From a virus: a stretch of 38,441 nt of DNA. Where the stretch lies: IMG/VR virus record IMGVR_UViG_3300045243_000029, positions 1-38,441 of that record. The stretch is one strand, 5' to 3'. The translations under genes and the position numbers were made by a program. Under the pieces are notes generated by a model, which saw nothing but the letters and a program-made list of their open reading frames with translations, ran no database searches and was not told where the DNA came from. Positions 15,335-24,582 of this stretch are shown here, in pieces (position 1 is the stretch's first letter; every line of letters starts with the position of its first letter).

Positions 15335-18300
15335 CTAGACCCGGTGTCCGCTCGGGACCTGCTTCTGTCCCGGCTGCAACCCGACCTTAGCCGCTAGTAA
15401 CTCTAGCGTACAGGACGCGCCCGGGTCTAGCCCGTCATGGTTGATGCTGATATGTACCCCAAACTGACTTGCCTTGCCATGTCCAGGAATAGCCTCAATT
15501 AGATAAGGCTGGCCCGCAACCGGCACGAACCTAGGGCAGTCCGTAGGGTCATCCGGGAAGTCATCCGGGTACGTAAACGTCAGGTCCATGTTATGCGCGG
15601 CGCGGTACTGGCCGATAACCTGTATGCGCCAAAGCCGCTGAAAGGCACGAACAGAGCCGAAGCTAATTCCGGCCATGTCCACGTCCCAGTCAATCGGGGT
15701 TACGCCGTTATCGGTAGTGTCATTGACGGCGCTGGACTGCTGCATAACGAACGTGCCCATACGGGCAATCAATGCGCCGTTGAAGACCGTCAACTTACCG
15801 ACGTTACCAGGCAAGGTCTGTTCCGACCACAGGCCAGATACAGCGTCGTAGACGATAATGGTCGTCCCGGTACCAAACGCAATGCGCTGGTCCCGGTCAA
15901 TGACGATAGAGGTAACTTTCCGACCAGACGCTGTCATGGCCTTGAATTGGTTAACCATGGGCTGAGACAGGAAGTCATTAGTTAAGGACCTAGTATCAGT
16001 CCAGATACCTCCCGCGCTAGAGGCGTACATGACCCCTGCCGCAGTAGTCAGGGCCTGTCCAGTACAGCCGTTAGTAAAGGGTAGTGGAATAAGGGTCGGG
16101 ATAGGAATCTGACCGACATCAATCAGGGCCGCGCTTGGCAGCGCCGTTGCCGGTAGGTACCAATGGCTACGCTCGCCAAGCACAATCAGGAACTGTTGCA
16201 TGCCCCGAACAGCGACGGCGCGGTCACCGGGCGGCGCGGACACAATGAAGCCAGGGAACCAGTTAGGCCGTGTCCCATCGGTCAGTGGCGTACTAAAGCC
16301 GATGCTTCCATCGGGCAGGACAAACCAAAGCCGGTCGTTCCAGGTCTCCATGTCAGAGCAGGCCGGGAAGCCGAACCGAGGCAGGAACGACAAGGAATAG
16401 TCCTGTTCATTCTTCTGGATAATCTGGTCCGTGTTCTGGTCCAGGTAAGTGAACTGGATATGACTGGTGCCAGTGAAGTTAAAGCCCGACGGGTTGCTGG
16501 CACTAATCGGAGCCGTAGCATTCGGCAACAGGTCGTTAGTAATCTTGTACCGGGTAGTAGTCGGTATGCCATTGACGTAACTGGTACGCTCTACGTTAAG
16601 CGTAAGCGGGGACCGGTTCGTAATCCCGTACTGTCCCGTAATCTGGTCCGGTGTAGTATTCCACGGCATCGGCAAGTCCCCGCCGATTACGATTTGCGCG
16701 TCAGTACCGGTCAAGGACACTTCCAGTGGCGGGCTAGGAGGGGAGAAGACCCGGTTACCCTGGCTGTCCTTGCCTTCCCAGATAAAGGTATAGACATACG
16801 TCCCGCCAGTTTTTAGCGCCAGGTCGGTAATGCCACCGGCCGGACCGACGCTTACCAGCCACGGGGCTTCCGGTGCCAGGGCAAAGCCGTCTTCTGGAAA
16901 TGCGTCCTGCTCGAAGCTGACCGTAGCCGTACCAGACAGATAATGTCCGGTTCCAAGTCCGGTATCAGTTTGGATAGTCCAGCACTTGATTCCGACAGTA
17001 CCGGAACCGGCTAACTGCTGGTTATCATTGACGGTACTGACCCGCTCCTGGGCCGTCGGGCACATGACGGTATAGGTGCCGGACACGTTCAAAACGTCCG
17101 TGATATGTCCCATAAACTGGTTAGCGCCGAGCTGCCGCCAGTTGTTATAGGCCGTCAACCGATCAAACATGCCCACGAACGCGCGCTTACCAGTGGCAGG
17201 TACAAAGAAGAACGTGGGCTGAAACGGGCTGGTATTGGCGACGGGAAGGTAAATGGTTACGTTGTCCGGGGGGTCAACCAGCGCTTGAGCCTGGATGTCG
17301 TCCGCCTGGACTACTCTTTCAGTGTAGATGACGCCGCTCAGGTCAGGCTTGTACCCGGTAATCCGGTACGTTCCAGTAGCAGCCGGGTTGCTGGAATTGA
17401 ACAGCAACAGCGCTCCAATGAACCGAAAAGGGTTAGTAGTCAACTCAGCAGTCAAGTCCTGTAGCAGGAACGTGAACGGCGGGCTGTCAACGCCAAGCTC
17501 GAGGCTTACTGTCGGGAGATGACCAGCAACAAACTTTTCCGTTACCTGTCCAGGTTCGGAGCCGGTTACGATGGTAGTCGAAGTATAGGACGTAACCGGG
17601 AACGAGCCGTTATTCCCGTCGTTAACGTCGCCTGACACGTCAAGCGTGGCGCCGGTCCCGGTGCTAGAAAAGTCATTGCCGCCGTCCAGGAACCAGCTAT
17701 TCGGTACCAGCGGAGTCAAGACACGGGTACCGGCCGTACTTGCCGTGGTCTGTGCCGACCAGGGAACCCAGACGCCGCTAATCGGGAATCCGGTACTGCC
17801 CCATACGGTAGTAGGGTCGGAGTCGTCAACGCCAGTCACGCGCGTAATCAGAGCGTTACTAATGTTGTTTCCGGAACTGGTTCCAGTGGCCGTCAAGTGA
17901 CCGCCTACGAAGATGTCACTGGACGTGCTGCCAAGCTTGGAAATGACATCGTCAGGACCTGCTCCGGTAGCTTGCGTGCTATAAGCCGCCTGGGCAATGA
18001 CCTGGAACAGTCCAGCCGCATTGAACGTACCAGGAGTCAATCCCGTTCCGGTTCTAGCAACGGTACGGGTATAGATATGTCCGCCCGCGCCGCTGCTGCT
18101 GCCCATGACGGTCCAATGCCCATTAGCACCGGTCACGCCAGTACTACCCACCACTGCCAAGTCACCGCCTCTTGACGTTACGGTGCTGATACCCGGCCAG
18201 TTTCCCATGTGCCAGTCAAGTAACGGGGTGCCGGCGGGAATGCCCGCGAAGTCACCGGCTCCGGTACTAGTCGTGGCGGCTACCGTGTCGGTGTTAAGAA

Positions 18301-19786
18301 TGGCCACGGCCGCGCCTTGGCCGACAGTAGCCACGACTCCGGCAAGTTGCGCCGTCATGCTGGCGCCGGTCGTATAGTCGCCGGTAAGAACGGTAATGGA
18401 CTGCTTAGCGCTACCAGTAAAGTAGTCGCCCCCCTGAATCTCAGGGTTAATCACTGTGGCGGTATTGTCCAGGCCAGACCCGGATTGATAGAACGTGGTC
18501 TCGATCCAGTCAGTACCGACAAGGAAGCTACGGCTAACCAGCGCCTGGCTAGTACTGCGCCGGGGCAGCGTTACGCCGCCGCCGTCAACGCGGTAGGTTT
18601 GAATAAAGCGCAGTTGGGGGTCATACTGTGGCCCCGTATCCTGCTGTGGCTCGAGAAAGCCGATGACGGCATAGATAGCAATGGCGCTGGATTCGGACGT
18701 GACATAGCCGGCGATTGCGTCAACGTCCAGGGAAGGATCGTCAATGTCCCATTCCGCAGTTTGGGCCAGGCTGGTCCCGATACGGTAAGCCCTGAGCCGC
18801 ATATTAACCGACCCGGGGCCAGTCGTGACTAGGTAGTTATTAGTCGTGTCAAAGGCGTTCTTGAGCCACTGGCAGCGACTGTTACAGATTACTGTTGCGT
18901 CGCTGGTCCCGGACAGGGTAATGCCGGAAGAGTAGCCGATACGGGTGAACCGGACATGTACGTCCGTAGCTGGAACGGCCGTGCTAGCCAGGGGCTGGGC
19001 ATGGATAAGGCTGGCGCTGTTATGCGCGTCGACGGTCGTGTCCCAATACCCGGGAACCTTATTGCCGTCAAGCTTAGCGAAGCTGTCACTATCCAGCAGG
19101 ACACCGTGCGTGTCGTAAGCCTTGACCCGGAACAGTCCTGCCCCGTCGTCGTTATAGATCAGGAAGAACACAGTCCCGTCGGTCAGGACATGGCTAACGC
19201 TATTGCCGGTCAGATTGCCCGTGACGTTGAATGGCGGGATAATCCAGGGGCCGGTCAGCTTACTGGCATTGGACGGGTCAGCATCCGAGCCGTTAGCCTC
19301 GCGGAAGCCAAGCCAAATCTGGTTCAGGTTCAGGGTAAAGCATACGGCCTGGACATTCCCGATAACCGCGTGGTCCGGGCACTGGATAGTCCCGTACCCG
19401 CCTACTAGCGTATCTTCCCTGAGCTTGTTAGTGAGGACCGTAGTTGTGTCGCGGTAGTCCACCCAATAGTCAAAGCCGTTCCAGACCCGGGGATGCCGGT
19501 TCTCTACCGTGACAAGGCTGTCCCCAACCGTTCCTAGATAGCTCGGGTCATCCCAGGTCGGTTGCAGTTCCGTCCCGGCCGTGTCCCGGCAAGCAATAGC
19601 CAGGTTCGTAAAGCCCCCGCGCGGCTCGAGGCTGAACCGGGGAGGCATCGTCGGGGTGCCGTGCTGGAAATGCGTAGACATCGCATTAGACAGGGCCTGG
19701 ATGCGCCCCTGTACGCCCTGGTGCGGCGCGGGCTGGCTGTCGTTATTAGACAGGAAGACGTCGACGCTTTGCGGTGTAAGTGCCAT
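15335..19786 (-). CDS. Very large virion (tail/nozzle or host-recognition) protein, 1483 aa
   Basis: Uninterrupted 4.4-kb ORF with Thr/Ser/Gly-rich beta-type composition. It sits between the head and internal-protein genes. Confidence 0.8.
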   Translation of the reverse strand: MALTPQSVDVFLSNNDSQPAPHQGVQGRIQALSNAMSTHFQHGTPTMPPRFSLEPRGGFTNLAIACRDTAGTELQPTWDDPSYLGTVGDSLVTVENRHPRVWNGFDYWVDYRDTTTVLTNKLREDTLVGGYGTIQCPDHAVIGNVQAVCFTLNLNQIWLGFREANGSDADPSNASKLTGPWIIPPFNVTGNLTGNSVSHVLTDGTVFFLIYNDDGAGLFRVKAYDTHGVLLDSDSFAKLDGNKVPGYWDTTVDAHNSASLIHAQPLASTAVPATDVHVRFTRIGYSSGITLSGTSDATVICNSRCQWLKNAFDTTNNYLVTTGPGSVNMRLRAYRIGTSLAQTAEWDIDDPSLDVDAIAGYVTSESSAIAIYAVIGFLEPQQDTGPQYDPQLRFIQTYRVDGGGVTLPRRSTSQALVSRSFLVGTDWIETTFYQSGSGLDNTATVINPEIQGGDYFTGSAKQSITVLTGDYTTGASMTAQLAGVVATVGQGAAVAILNTDTVAATTSTGAGDFAGIPAGTPLLDWHMGNWPGISTVTSRGGDLAVVGSTGVTGANGHWTVMGSSSGAGGHIYTRTVARTGTGLTPGTFNAAGLFQVIAQAAYSTQATGAGPDDVISKLGSTSSDIFVGGHLTATGTSSGNNISNALITRVTGVDDSDPTTVWGSTGFPISGVWVPWSAQTTASTAGTRVLTPLVPNSWFLDGGNDFSSTGTGATLDVSGDVNDGNNGSFPVTSYTSTTIVTGSEPGQVTEKFVAGHLPTVSLELGVDSPPFTFLLQDLTAELTTNPFRFIGALLLFNSSNPAATGTYRITGYKPDLSGVIYTERVVQADDIQAQALVDPPDNVTIYLPVANTSPFQPTFFFVPATGKRAFVGMFDRLTAYNNWRQLGANQFMGHITDVLNVSGTYTVMCPTAQERVSTVNDNQQLAGSGTVGIKCWTIQTDTGLGTGHYLSGTATVSFEQDAFPEDGFALAPEAPWLVSVGPAGGITDLALKTGGTYVYTFIWEGKDSQGNRVFSPPSPPLEVSLTGTDAQIVIGGDLPMPWNTTPDQITGQYGITNRSPLTLNVERTSYVNGIPTTTRYKITNDLLPNATAPISASNPSGFNFTGTSHIQFTYLDQNTDQIIQKNEQDYSLSFLPRFGFPACSDMETWNDRLWFVLPDGSIGFSTPLTDGTRPNWFPGFIVSAPPGDRAVAVRGMQQFLIVLGERSHWYLPATALPSAALIDVGQIPIPTLIPLPFTNGCTGQALTTAAGVMYASSAGGIWTDTRSLTNDFLSQPMVNQFKAMTASGRKVTSIVIDRDQRIAFGTGTTIIVYDAVSGLWSEQTLPGNVGKLTVFNGALIARMGTFVMQQSSAVNDTTDNGVTPIDWDVDMAGISFGSVRAFQRLWRIQVIGQYRAAHNMDLTFTYPDDFPDDPTDCPRFVPVAGQPYLIEAIPGHGKASQFGVHISINHDGLDPGASCTLELLAAKVGLQPGQKQVPSGHRV

Positions 19787-19791
19787 GGCGG

Positions 19792-20046
19792 CTAAAAATA
19801 GTTCTTGACGGCTACGGGGACGATGTCATTCTGTCCTTGGAGGATACGAACATGACCTTGAGCCAGACGGTAGAGCGGATTTTTCTGTCGTATTCCAGCC
19901 TTGGAATAGTCTCCATGAACTGGGGCAAGTTCAGAGATATTTGCAGGAAAATACTGAAGTCGACAGGGACTGCCGAGCCCAGTTCTAGAATGGTTAACGA
20001 GCTTGCCTTGGCTGCGCATAGCCGAGCCGTCCAGGAAGAGCTTCAT
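19792..20046 (-). CDS. Hypothetical 84-aa protein; strand assignment is ambiguous
   Basis: Fits the operon gap exactly: its ATG is 2 nt after the upstream stop, and its stop is 5 nt before ATG 19786. No SD. GC3 counted by hand is about 48%. Confidence 0.4.
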   Translation of the reverse strand: MKLFLDGSAMRSQGKLVNHSRTGLGSPCRLQYFPANISELAPVHGDYSKAGIRQKNPLYRLAQGHVRILQGQNDIVPVAVKNYF

Positions 20047-20052
20047 CGCTAA
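19852..20052 (+). CDS. Alternative antisense 66-aa ORF in the same gap
   Basis: GGAGGA lies 7 nt upstream of ATG 19852. GC3 counted by hand is about 62%. Amphipathic-helix-like sequence. Confidence 0.4.
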   Translation: MTLSQTVERIFLSYSSLGIVSMNWGKFRDICRKILKSTGTAEPSSRMVNELALAAHSRAVQEELHR

Positions 20053-20411
20053 GCCGACCAGCGCTTTCCATCTGCGTTAACAGTCAGGCTCGAGCCGGGC
20101 TGTACCGCGCCGAATACGGTCAGGCTGTCAGCCGTCCGGACACTAACCGGGTAAGCGCTGTTATTGACAATGCGCGTCGACTGATTAGACGGGGGCTGGT
20201 TCGGCAAGGTCAAGGTCACGGGCTTGAAGGCTTCAGCCGTCACTGTAACCGTCGTCTGGCGGCCCAGGATAGCGCTGGACGAGATAGTCAGTGACTGGGG
20301 GGGCCGGAGCTGTTCTTGTAGGCCCCGCACAGCCTGGGCCACGTCCTGGCTCAGCCTGTCGATGTCCTGGTTACCGGTGCGCCGGTCCTGGAAGGGAACT
20401 GTAACTGGCAT
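20049..20411 (-). CDS. Hypothetical virion protein (120 aa)
   Basis: ORF in the late operon. Confidence 0.65.
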   Translation of the reverse strand: MPVTVPFQDRRTGNQDIDRLSQDVAQAVRGLQEQLRPPQSLTISSSAILGRQTTVTVTAEAFKPVTLTLPNQPPSNQSTRIVNNSAYPVSVRTADSLTVFGAVQPGSSLTVNADGKRWSA

Positions 20412-20489
20412 TAGAAGTGAACCAGGTAATCAATGGCGCCTTGCAATACGCCGATGCAAGGACGAAGATTCATGGCTAATTCTACCACG

Positions 20490-21749
20490 TTACCAACCTC
20501 CATCACCATACACGCCACTATCAAAGTTAGGACTGTCAATGCCCTGGCCGAATGGGCCGCCGGCAATAATCGGGACCTGACGCAGGTCGGAGTCGCGCTT
20601 TTCCGACATACGAACGGCTCGAGCCATTTCCCGGTCAAGCCTAGCCTGTAGCTCGCCTACCCCTTCTTCGTACTTTATCCGTACCGAGATTGACGCGAAC
20701 GTCTTTAGGTAAAGCTGCCACGGGGTCAAGACCTGGGGCAGGTCGGCACGGGTACCCGGGGCAGGAGTAGCTACGGCTACGGTCCCGGTCGGCGGGGTCT
20801 GGAACGTCCCGAGCGATTCAGGGTCAGGAGTGACTTCGATCTGCTGACCGGACAGGACGGCCGTAATCGTATATGGAACGTTAAAGACCGAGTTAGACAG
20901 GGCAGCAATAGAAGCGGTACCACTAGGCGGGGACGTGAAAGCACCGAACGTCCCTGTAGCTGGAACCGTCGTAATTGTAGTTGGGCTTAGCACTGAAGCA
21001 ATCGTCCAAGCAACATTGAAAGCAGTATTAGGGGCAGCGAAGTTAGGCGTGATAGTCCCGCCGACATCCCCGGCCGTGAAGTTAGCGTTAGACATGGCCC
21101 AGCCAATCCCGCCGGCAGTAGTATCAGCCGCGTCAATAGCAAAGGACCGGGTCACCTGGGTAAAGGACGGGGTTAGTACCGACCCGACCTCACCAGCAAC
21201 GAAGTTAGCGTTATTGAACGTCCAGCCGAAGGGCTGCGTAATGTCCGAAGCGTTAACCGCAAAGGTCCTGGTATCTGGCACTGCCAGGTCCAGAATCTGT
21301 TTCTGGTACCAAAGCCGATACTGTCCCGAGCTTTGGCTGTACGGGTACAACCTGATATTCGTGTCCTGCACTTCATACTGCCGGGAATAGAAAGCGCTGC
21401 CCGGCACAAGTACCGCGCCGTAAACGTACTTGTTACGGTCAAGGAACGTGGGCAGCCGACGGATAGTCAAGGGCCCGATAAAGCCGGGCGGGTTCAGCCA
21501 ATCCAGGCCCAGGTCTACCTGGAAGTCGTCCGGGACAGCAGTGAAACAGGTAGCAGCCGTATCGCCGGCAAGTGTGAAGTCAAAGCTGGACTGGAACCAG
21601 TGCGGGAACGCGTCCAGGAAGATATCGTACAGGGACTTAGCCCCGTCGGACAGGTACTGCGCTACTTCGGCACGGGGCAGCGTCGGGTCAGATACCCGGT
21701 CAGTCTGCTCAAGGACCTGGTCAATCAGGGAGTCAACAGAAACGGACAT
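20490..21749 (-). CDS. Hypothetical head-tail/virion protein (419 aa) with internal repeats
   Basis: Long ORF. Repeated FxxNANFxAG(D/E)VGxxxTPxF segments. TAATG junction with the upstream small ORF. Confidence 0.75.
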   Translation of the reverse strand: MSVSVDSLIDQVLEQTDRVSDPTLPRAEVAQYLSDGAKSLYDIFLDAFPHWFQSSFDFTLAGDTAATCFTAVPDDFQVDLGLDWLNPPGFIGPLTIRRLPTFLDRNKYVYGAVLVPGSAFYSRQYEVQDTNIRLYPYSQSSGQYRLWYQKQILDLAVPDTRTFAVNASDITQPFGWTFNNANFVAGEVGSVLTPSFTQVTRSFAIDAADTTAGGIGWAMSNANFTAGDVGGTITPNFAAPNTAFNVAWTIASVLSPTTITTVPATGTFGAFTSPPSGTASIAALSNSVFNVPYTITAVLSGQQIEVTPDPESLGTFQTPPTGTVAVATPAPGTRADLPQVLTPWQLYLKTFASISVRIKYEEGVGELQARLDREMARAVRMSEKRDSDLRQVPIIAGGPFGQGIDSPNFDSGVYGDGGW

Positions 21750-21910
21750 TATCGGTCAGCTACCGTTCTGCCGCTGCTACGTTCCTTGCGGGCCTTGCGC
21801 TGTACCGCGTAGCCGATAGCCACGGCCTGTTTCACGGGCCGGCCCGCTTCAATCTCCCGCTTGGTATTGGCTACTCGAGCGGCGTTCTTGGCACTGTTAA
21901 TGAGCGGCAT
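21749..21910 (-). CDS. Unlisted small basic ORF (53 aa, MPLINSAKNAARVANTKREIEAGRPVKQAVAIGYAVQRKARKE...)
   Basis: Hand-translated. GAGGA lies 5 nt upstream of ATG 21910. The TAA stop overlaps the ATG of 20490-21749 (TAATG). Confidence 0.55.
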   Translation of the reverse strand: MPLINSAKNAARVANTKREIEAGRPVKQAVAIGYAVQRKARKERSSGRTVADR

Positions 21911-21917
21911 AGGTCCT

Positions 21918-21958
21918 CAAAAGAAACGGGCCGGCCAGTTTACAAGGCTGACCGGCCC
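21918..21958 (-). terminator. Intrinsic terminator after the capsid gene pair
   Basis: In the minus-strand transcript: an 11-bp stem GGGCCGGUCAG/CUGGCCGGCCC (one G-U pair), a 9-nt loop, then GUUUCUUUUG. Confidence 0.7.
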
Positions 21959-21982
21959 GGGTCGGAGACAAGTTAGGCTAGT

Positions 21983-22384
21983 CTAGTTACTGGCCATCTT
22001 GCGAACGATAAGATGAACGCGGATAATGTCGCCGCTGGTCAGCGCGGCAGCAGTCCCAGCCAGGTTACGAATCTGGAACGACACAAGCGGGTCAGACCCG
22101 GAAGTAATGCTGTTCGTGACCAGGTTAGCAAGGTACCCGTGCGTGGCATCGAACGTGCCCTGTTGGACAGTGACGTTATAGTCAGCCAGTGCCACCCACG
22201 GGTCCGACAAGTGGAAGGTATACAGACCGGTGCCGGACAGCACAGGCTCGCCAAACCCGTTAGACTGGGTCAGGCTAGCATGGGTCGGAACAGCGCCGGA
22301 CGTGCCGGCAGTGAACTGACAGAACAGGTCAGCTAGGCCCTTGTCTAGGCTGCCCCTGTCAGTGAAAAGGAATCGGTTAGCCAT
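21983..22384 (-). CDS. Hypothetical capsid-associated protein (133 aa; decoration or minor head protein candidate)
   Basis: Immediately follows the major capsid gene and precedes the terminator. Confidence 0.7.
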   Translation of the reverse strand: MANRFLFTDRGSLDKGLADLFCQFTAGTSGAVPTHASLTQSNGFGEPVLSGTGLYTFHLSDPWVALADYNVTVQQGTFDATHGYLANLVTNSITSGSDPLVSFQIRNLAGTAAALTSGDIIRVHLIVRKMASN

Positions 22385-22402
22385 GATTAGTCCTTGCCGC
22401 TA

Positions 22403-23647
22403 TTACGCGCGAACGGTAAGCATGCCGTTATGGCCCGGCGCGGTGCAGTAAATGAATGCCTGGCTACGGAACCGGGTAATACAAGTGTCCGACGCAGGGT
22501 CTTCCACGATCGGGCTTCCGTTGCTGTTGATGGGCCGAATCGGCGTGTTACCCGGGCTCGAGATGAACCAGGTAGAACGGTCAAGCACCGCGACAAGGTT
22601 ATCCGGCCAGTTGCTGGACTCGACGATATCGAGCAGGCCAGTAACGCCCTGGATAGAAACCGTCTTAAAGTAGACCGTAATACCAGGGCCCTGAATCTCG
22701 CGGGTCTCGACGTAACGCTTCTGCGTCTGACAGTCGCTGAGAATCTTGGCCTTGTTATTGGTCGACATCAGGAGCGTATCCGGCATCGCGCCGGGGACGT
22801 TCGCAATCTGAGCCTCAAGGGTAAGAACCCCCTCGAGAATGGTCCCGGCAGTGCCGTCCAGGTACGACCCGGCAAGCTTCTGCTCGTCAACCGACCGATC
22901 AACGCCATACAGCGTGGTAGCCGAAACGGGGCGGGACGCGGCCGGGGGGATCCAAACAGGAATGCCAGGGTAAGTCGTGAAGGCGGTACCGGTCGCCTGA
23001 GTACCGGACTGGCCCATAAAGTACGTAGCGGTAGGCGTGAAGCTGGACCGCGCCGTCAGGGTAATGGTCTTGGTCCCAACGTTCACGTTCGTGATAAGGC
23101 CCGTGCCGACCTGGAGCGTGCCAGCAGCCGTGTCCTTCTGGGTCACGACCATGTTAGGACGGAACCGGAGCACTTCCGACTGAAGCGCGAAAGTAACAGT
23201 CCAGGTAGAGCCGGACGTATTCGTCGGGGTGACGATAACGCCCAGGGTACCGTAGCCGTCGCTGGCCAGCGCAACGTCCATGCCGTTCTTAGCACTGTTG
23301 ATGGCCTTTTCCGACTCGTCCATAAGCAGGACGGCCGCAGACTCGGGACCCTTCGTGAACTGGTTCTGGTCCAGAGGGACCCGCGACAGCCCGTAGCCCT
23401 TAAAGGGCGTGACAAGGAACTGAGCTCGGTTGACAAGGCTGGTATTGGCCAGTGCCGTCGCGTAATCAGCCGACTGCCCGCCGCCAAAGCTGAGGTCAAT
23501 CACGACCGCGTGGCTCGAACCAGACTCGTCACTCTTCTGCATCAGGCCGAAGATCGCGCCGTAACGCGATCCCCAGGTCATGTCGGCTAGTCCCTCGTGC
23601 AGCGACGGGATAAGCAGGTCGTTAACTGCGGTATCGAAAAATGCCAT
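22403..23647 (-). CDS. Major capsid protein candidate (414 aa)
   Basis: Positioned after portal and scaffold. Size and composition are typical. No motif-level proof. Confidence 0.75.
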   Translation of the reverse strand: MAFFDTAVNDLLIPSLHEGLADMTWGSRYGAIFGLMQKSDESGSSHAVVIDLSFGGGQSADYATALANTSLVNRAQFLVTPFKGYGLSRVPLDQNQFTKGPESAAVLLMDESEKAINSAKNGMDVALASDGYGTLGVIVTPTNTSGSTWTVTFALQSEVLRFRPNMVVTQKDTAAGTLQVGTGLITNVNVGTKTITLTARSSFTPTATYFMGQSGTQATGTAFTTYPGIPVWIPPAASRPVSATTLYGVDRSVDEQKLAGSYLDGTAGTILEGVLTLEAQIANVPGAMPDTLLMSTNNKAKILSDCQTQKRYVETREIQGPGITVYFKTVSIQGVTGLLDIVESSNWPDNLVAVLDRSTWFISSPGNTPIRPINSNGSPIVEDPASDTCITRFRSQAFIYCTAPGHNGMLTVRA

Positions 23648-23665
23648 CTAAGTTACCTTTGCTAA

Positions 23666-24574
23666 TTAGTTGCTGCGCTTAGCAGCGCCGGCCTTAAGGT
23701 CGGCCTTAATCTGTTGCCAGGACCGTTTGGTACCGGCAGGAGCGGCCACTACGTTAGTCTTAACGGTGCTGGTCACGCTTCCCTTAGGAAGTGGGTTTAG
23801 TTCGGCAGGAACGGCGCTGGCAAGCTTCTGATCCTGTTTCTTGAGGTGATAAGCTACAAGCTTGTCCTTCTCAGTCTCGTTAAGGTCCCTACCCAGGTCA
23901 GTAACTAGAATCTTGTAAGCTGACTGAGCGTACTTGAACGCAGCGGCAACCTTGTCAGGGCTGTTCACGTTCGGGTAAGCCGGGTCGGCAATGATGGCAG
24001 CGACGGTCGCTTGCTTGTTAGCTTCGGCCTGAGCCTGTGCCGTCGCTGCCAGGGACTTAGCGTTATCGGCGGCGCGGTCAGCTCGTTCCTTTTCTAGTTC
24101 AGCCCTGAGCTTGTCAGCCTCGGTAGGCTCCGACGGGTCCCCGCCAGTTGCTTGCTTGATAACCTTGTCCAGGGGCATGCCCAGGACTTCCATTGCCTTG
24201 AGCGGATCGGTCTTGAATAGCTCGGCAGCCTTAGCGGCGCGTTGCTCGAACGTTTCAGGCTCAGTGACTACGGCTGTTTTGGTTTCGGCAAGCTCCGTAG
24301 CTTTGGCGGACGCAGCTGCGATAGCAGCATCGTCCAGAGCGGCACCAGCGCCGGGTCCTGTCCCAGGTGCGGCCACGGCCGGCGCAGTCGCGGCAGCAGT
24401 ACCGGCAGGGGTAGCCGCTTTGGCGGCAACGGTGGCGGCAATGCGCTCCGCGTTAGTCTTAACGGGCTGGTCATGTACCTCACCAGTGACTTTAGGAGTA
24501 AGGCTAGTCGGTTCATTAGGGGTAAATACAGGCTTGCCAGCTTCGGGAGTAACGGTAGCGGTATCAGGCATCAC
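23666..24574 (-). CDS. Scaffolding protein candidate (302 aa)
   Basis: Ala/Lys/Glu-rich helical low-complexity protein between portal and capsid genes. Confidence 0.7.
   Translation of the reverse strand: MMPDTATVTPEAGKPVFTPNEPTSLTPKVTGEVHDQPVKTNAERIAATVAAKAATPAGTAAATAPAVAAPGTGPGAGAALDDAAIAAASAKATELAETKTAVVTEPETFEQRAAKAAELFKTDPLKAMEVLGMPLDKVIKQATGGDPSEPTEADKLRAELEKERADRAADNAKSLAATAQAQAEANKQATVAAIIADPAYPNVNSPDKVAAAFKYAQSAYKILVTDLGRDLNETEKDKLVAYHLKKQDQKLASAVPAELNPLPKGSVTSTVKTNVVAAPAGTKRSWQQIKADLKAGAAKRSN
23788..23804 (-). promoter_or_regulatory. Late-arm motif copy 4, inside the 3' end of the scaffold gene and about 140 nt upstream of the capsid ATG
   Basis: GAAGTGGGTTTAGTTCG on the plus strand. 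In the scaffold frame it encodes AELNPLP. Confidence 0.55.
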
Positions 24575-24582
24575 TATCCTTG

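Noticed and set aside
20411-20638. A 75-aa minus-strand ORF overlapping the 3' end of 20490-21749. A short form (20-32 aa) would fill the 78-nt gap and end in a TAATG junction with the next gene.
   Set aside because: Most of it overlaps a confident gene in another frame. The short forms lack an RBS and are too small to support from sequence alone.
22394-23590. A 398-aa plus-strand ORF opposite the major capsid gene.
   Set aside because: It is Arg/Gly/Pro-rich, which is typical of the antisense frame of a GC-rich gene. It has no RBS, and it conflicts with the capsid ORF, which fits the portal-scaffold-capsid order.
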